From Piromyces finnis finn (Eukaryota; Fungi; Neocallimastigomycota), in assembly GCA_002104945.1 (NCBI GenBank), contig MCFH01000068.1:62001-126000 (forward strand): a DNA stretch of 64,000 bases. Direction: 5' to 3'. Below the pieces are notes generated by a model that saw only the letters and a program-made list of their open reading frames with translations, was not told where the DNA came from and ran no database searches. The translations under genes and the position numbers were made by a program. Positions 59,341 through 64,000 of the stretch are shown here, piece after piece; the stretch's first letter is position 1, and every line of letters starts with the position of its first letter.

Positions 59341-60489
59341 TGTTTTATATAATATAACTTAATTTACCAATAAAATATTAAACTTATTTATTATTAAATC
59401 TTTTCTTCAAAACTTATTAAAGAATTTAATTAATACTAATTTAAAATTAAATAGGTTTAAAATAAAAATATTAATATAATTTAATTATGAAATTTGTTTA
59501 TTAATTATTTGTTTATTAAGATAATATTTATTAAGTTATAGTTAATAATTAATAATTAGTAATCTTACAAAGAATTCCAAAATTGATTTCAATTCTTTGT
59601 TTAAATACTTTTTTTTTACATATAATAAAATTACATTGATATTAATATTGATTTTAATAATAAAGATAAAATTAAAATAATTTTAAATTAAAATATTAAT
59701 AATTGATATTGATATTAATAATATGAATTCATATGATAGATCTTAGGATTAATCTTTTAAATTACTTTTAAAATAAAAGTATTGTCTTAACCATTTTAAA
59801 TTGTAAATATTTAATATTATAAATTGAGAATAACAATTACTGATACTAATTATATATTCTCATGATTAATTAATTAATAATTATAACTAATGATTTTTGA
59901 TCCAAAGGCTTTTTTGGTTTGATTATGATTGAGGTTATTAATCAAAATTATTTGAAAAATTATTAATTTTTATAATTGATTAGGTTTGTAATCAAGAATA
60001 TTTATTATCTAACCTTATTTAATAATAATGGAGAATTTTTAAATTGAATTATTTATAGAAAGTTGGATTACTTGAATAATGACTTTAATTATATAAATTA
60101 ATATTAATCATTTTAATATATATTTATTGGAACTAATTAAATCTTTAAAAAGCTATATCTCAAGAACTAGTGGTCTAAATTAGCTGAAAATTTGGGAGAA
60201 TATAAATTAGTACTTTCTAATAAAATTAATTTGAAGTCTCTAGAAAATGAAAATAGGACGCGAGATTCAGAAGTTATCACTAGTTTCGTATAGTACATTT
60301 TCTTCTCAAGGGTTAATTTATTGAAAATTAAATTTTTGTGATCCTTAACCCTTTTCAATATTAAATTTTTTCAAATGATCTTTTTAATTATTTTTAAAAG
60401 TGTTTTATAATTTTTGAAATATAAATTTGATTTATAAATTGTTTATTTGAATATTTAATTTATTTTTTAATCGTCTTCTATTCTTGACA
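59341..60489 (-). repeat. LTR-V-like repeat
   Basis: Minus strand TGTCAAGAATAG...AAAACA then TTCTGACC; patchy similarity to 12316-13405. Confidence 0.55.
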
Positions 60490-60494
60490 AGGTT

Positions 60495-61530
60495 TGTAAA
60501 AGTTTTACTAAACTTATAATTTAATATTAAAATATTAAATTAAATAAAAGATTAAAGATAACTAGGTTAGAAAAAATGTTTTATTAAAATAATCTTAATT
60601 GTTTTATAAATGAATAGTAATAATTAAATTATGTATTATAGTTAAAATAATTTCTTTTTATTTTATTTGAAGAGTATATATAATAATAAGATTATTTAAT
60701 AGTAATACTTATTAAGTATTAATAAGGTAATAATCTTTACAAAGATTTAATTCATAAACTATTCTAAACTATTTATACTAATTGTAATTTTACATTTAAT
60801 AATAAAATAACTTTTTAATACATGATTATTTTTTATAATATATTTTATAATACTAAGGTTAAACTTAAGACTTATTACTAATTATTAAAAATAACTATTG
60901 TTTATATATTCATAATATTAATTATTTCTTAATTATAATATAATTCATTAAATATAATATTAATAATTTATAATCTTTTAATTCAAAGATTATAAGTTAT
61001 GTTATTGAAATAATTATTATAAAATAAAGTTAATTAATTCCGGAAAATAATTTTAATTTAATTAAAACAATAATTTATATCCTTTTGGGTGAATGATTTA
61101 TGTTCAATACATCAGGGGTGATCATTCTCTGAATAAACAATTAATCATTACTAACAAAATATCTTTAAATTGGAATATCTCGTGAACCAGCAGAGATATC
61201 GACCTGATTTTAAGATATGTTGTTTATCTCAAGCGTGGCTTTCTAACGCATTCACAATCCCCCAACCATAATTTCCCAAAAATCGCCATTTGTTGAGGAG
61301 ATACGTGTGTTTTTCCTTTTTCAATTCTGACGATAAGGGTTAAAGTTATTTATTATAAAAATTATTAAGGGTTAAGGTCATATCTTAACCTTTTCTAAAT
61401 TTTTTAAATATTTCTTAATATAATTTAATAATTTATTTGAAAATAAAATATTATTGATTTTGAAATTTTATAAGTAATTTCACAATTTCAAGTGATCTTG
61501 AAATTGTAGATTCCACTAGTATTCGTGACA
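60495..61530. repeat. LTR-W copy (inverted)
   Basis: Reverse complement of 9447-10569. Confidence 0.85.
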
Positions 61531-61884
61531 CTTTCTATATTCATTTATAGAATTAAGATAATATTTTTCTATTGTATCATACAACTTATAAATAAATTAT
61601 AAATAACTTCTACAAATTAATAATAATTAAATATTACTAATTTGAGAAAGAAAATAAAAACATTAATGTCGAGTTTATTATATAAAAATACTAATAAACA
61701 AAATATTAAATATTAACACTTAAATATAAAAACACACGTTAAATAAACATTATTTTTAAAAATAATTAATACTTTATTTATTAATAAATTTATATAATAA
61801 TAACTCTTGATTTCTCAAAAGAGAATCAAGATTATTCTTTTATAGTAATTTAATACATTATACATGGATTGGTTAAAATGATAC

Positions 61885-62253
61885 TGTAATGAGGTATATC
61901 TAATGATAAGGGTTAGACTAGAAAATCATTAAGGTAAGATTAATGAAAATTTCATAATTATATTTTTATAACCAATCATTAAGTAATTAATTCACTTATC
62001 AAATTGTATTAAAAAAAAATAATTTTCATGTATAAAAGAGAGAATAAGAAAGATAAAATAGTTCTTTAGTGTTTTTACTAATAATTAATAAAAATTAGTT
62101 TTTTTTTTGTTTCGTCTTTAGTTTGATAATACACTGACCTAGCGAGTTAGTCGTATTATAATAATAAATTTAATAAATAAACATTATTAAAAAAAATATA
62201 TATATTTGATTACATTAGAGTGTGTGTGTTTATTATTATAATATTTCGTTACA
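61885..62253 (+). repeat. 5' LTR (family LTR-S) of the gypsy element at 62323
   Basis: TGTAA...TTACA; TATAAAA at 62031-62037; gag starts 70 nt downstream. Confidence 0.9.
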
Positions 62254-62254
62254 A

Positions 62255-62264
62255 TAAAAACACT
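62255..62264 (+). other. Putative self-priming PBS (Tf1-like)
   Basis: TAAAAACACT is exactly complementary to AGTGTTTTTA at 62068-62077 in the same LTR; no TGG-type PBS is present. Confidence 0.65.
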
Positions 62265-62322
62265 CTAAGAAAAAGATCGCTACCTCAGTGCCTCGTTTAT
62301 TTGCTTACTTCTAATTTTTTTT

Positions 62323-63939
62323 ATGGATAACTCTGCTGATTTGAAGAACGGTTTTGATGGCAACCGTCGCTACCTGAAGGGATTCTTAGCCAAAATGGAC
62401 ATGATCTTTATGATCCATCCTGAAATAGGAAGGGACGATGGAGAAAAGGTCTTCTACGTCGTTAGTCGCCTCTACGGGGATGCAATGAATTGGGCTGCTA
62501 CCTTGATTAACAACCATGATCCTTGCTTACAGGATTATGGCGCCTTTGTTGGAAAGCTGAAGGCTGCTTTTGGTTTTCAGGATATGGTCTATACTGCCAA
62601 CCAAAAACTCAAGAAGATCAAACAACATGGCCTATCCAATACTCAAGAGTATATCAAGGAATTTAACTACTATGCTGATGAATCCACTTGGAATGAACAA
62701 GCCAAGATGGATGCTTTTGTTGATGGGTTGGACGATAGAATCGCCACCCATATCCTTCAGATGTTTCCTGGCCCTTCTACCTTGATAAACTTACAAACAA
62801 TAGCCAGTCGTATAGGAAGTAGATTGGCATGCCACCAAGAGGAAATAAACAGAAGATCCAATAGAAGTTTCCGTTCTAAACAAAGCTTCCAATCCCGCTC
62901 CTCAGAAAGATCTACAAGTAAATCCACTCAGCCCAAGAAGGAAAATAATTTTGGCCCCATTTCAAGTGAAGAACGTAGCCGCCGAATGAAAGAGAATCTC
63001 TGCTTATATTGTGGTAAACCTGGTCACCGATTATCTGAATGCCCTATTAGAACCAAAAAGGAAAACCATACTAATAATGCTGGTGTCCATGTTTTGAATG
63101 AACAAGAAAAATCCACTCGACTTTCGGATAACTCCTCTTTACCTCAAACGGTTATCGATGTTGATGTTGTTCTTCCATACAAATCTGTCGGAACTAAAGT
63201 TCTCTTAGATAGTGGTTCACAATTCTGTTTGATAGACCACGCCTTTGTTAAGGCCCATGAGATCCCTATAATTACCAAAGTAAAATGCCCACAAATTATA
63301 GGTATCGGAGGTCACCAAAAGATTATCGGCCAGACTTGGCCTATAACTGTGGAACACATGAATCACTCATGCCAGTTACAATTTTACGTCGTAGAATTGC
63401 CTTCTTACTGTTGTATTCTTGGCTCTGATTGGCTAGTCCTTCACAATCCGACAATCAATTTTGCTAGTAAGGACGTTTCCTATCATTCTGAATACTGTAA
63501 GGAAAATTGCTTAAGGAAAGAATCTGCTAGCTCTACCACTTCTGAACTCGAAGACCAATCGAAGGACGAAATGTCAGTTGGAAATACACCTGAATACCCT
63601 TTCAATGTATTCACTTGTTTAGAAGAACCTGAAGTTGAGTCACCCCAAATTCCAATTCACTACTCTCAACACTCCAAAGTGTTCGAGGAAAGGCTCGTTG
63701 ATAAACTCCCTCCTCATCGCCCGTACGACTGTGAGATCAACCTGAGACCAAATAGCAACTTGTTTTATGGTCCAATCTACCGACTTACTGAGAAAGAATC
63801 AAAGGTATTAGAAGAAACCATTAATGAAAATTTAAAAAGGGGTTTATCCGCAAATCCAAATCGCCAGCTGGGGCTCCCGTTCTGTTTGTCCCGAAGAAGA
63901 GTGGAGAACTTCGTATGTGTATCGACTACCGCCGCTTGA
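62323..63939 (+). CDS. Gypsy gag-protease; a 1-nt frameshift near 63845 leads into RT, which runs off the window
   Basis: [38 protein letters not shown]; the shifted frame reads [27 protein letters not shown]; homologous to 5234-6973. Confidence 0.92.
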   Translation: MDNSADLKNGFDGNRRYLKGFLAKMDMIFMIHPEIGRDDGEKVFYVVSRLYGDAMNWAATLINNHDPCLQDYGAFVGKLKAAFGFQDMVYTANQKLKKIKQHGLSNTQEYIKEFNYYADESTWNEQAKMDAFVDGLDDRIATHILQMFPGPSTLINLQTIASRIGSRLACHQEEINRRSNRSFRSKQSFQSRSSERSTSKSTQPKKENNFGPISSEERSRRMKENLCLYCGKPGHRLSECPIRTKKENHTNNAGVHVLNEQEKSTRLSDNSSLPQTVIDVDVVLPYKSVGTKVLLDSGSQFCLIDHAFVKAHEIPIITKVKCPQIIGIGGHQKIIGQTWPITVEHMNHSCQLQFYVVELPSYCCILGSDWLVLHNPTINFASKDVSYHSEYCKENCLRKESASSTTSELEDQSKDEMSVGNTPEYPFNVFTCLEEPEVESPQIPIHYSQHSKVFEERLVDKLPPHRPYDCEINLRPNSNLFYGPIYRLTEKESKVLEETINENLKRGLSANPNRQLGLPFCLSRRRVENFVCVSTTAA

Positions 63940-64000
63940 ACGAAATCACCATTAGGAACTCGTACCTTCTCTCATTGATCCAAGACATGTTGGATCATCT

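Overview
This is a very AT-rich eukaryotic window made almost entirely of nested retrotransposons. The AT content, Asn-rich proteins and a bacterial-type GT2 gene best fit an anaerobic gut fungus (Neocallimastigomycota); that assignment is inference. Contents: (1) at least six Ty3/gypsy elements or remnants, including a near-intact chromovirus at 1995-8688; (2) one decayed Ty1/copia element at 48770-54492; (3) about eight LTR families, many present as solo LTRs with clean 4-5 bp TSDs; (4) two related APE-endonuclease/RT non-LTR families, called LINE-A (four pieces) and LINE-B (three copies); (5) a tRNA-headed SINE with a 14-bp TSD; (6) one intact host-type gene (GT2 glycosyltransferase) and an intron-containing eIF2-alpha pseudogene. 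There are no rRNA genes, true tRNA genes or CRISPR arrays. The most interesting signals: the SINE shares a covarying stem-loop with LINE-B; one LTR family carries a tRNA/Pol III-like motif whose upstream ~10 bp received four LTR insertions; an in-frame RT-EN-RT LINE chimera; a LINE copy missing an exact 853-nt GT-AG segment; a 21-nt LINE-B tail inserted into LINE-A and then copied; and several apparent priming modes (self-priming, tRNA-Ala, and a possible tRNA-Asp D-loop site). Family names such as LTR-X and LINE-A are my own working labels. All alignments were done by eye.
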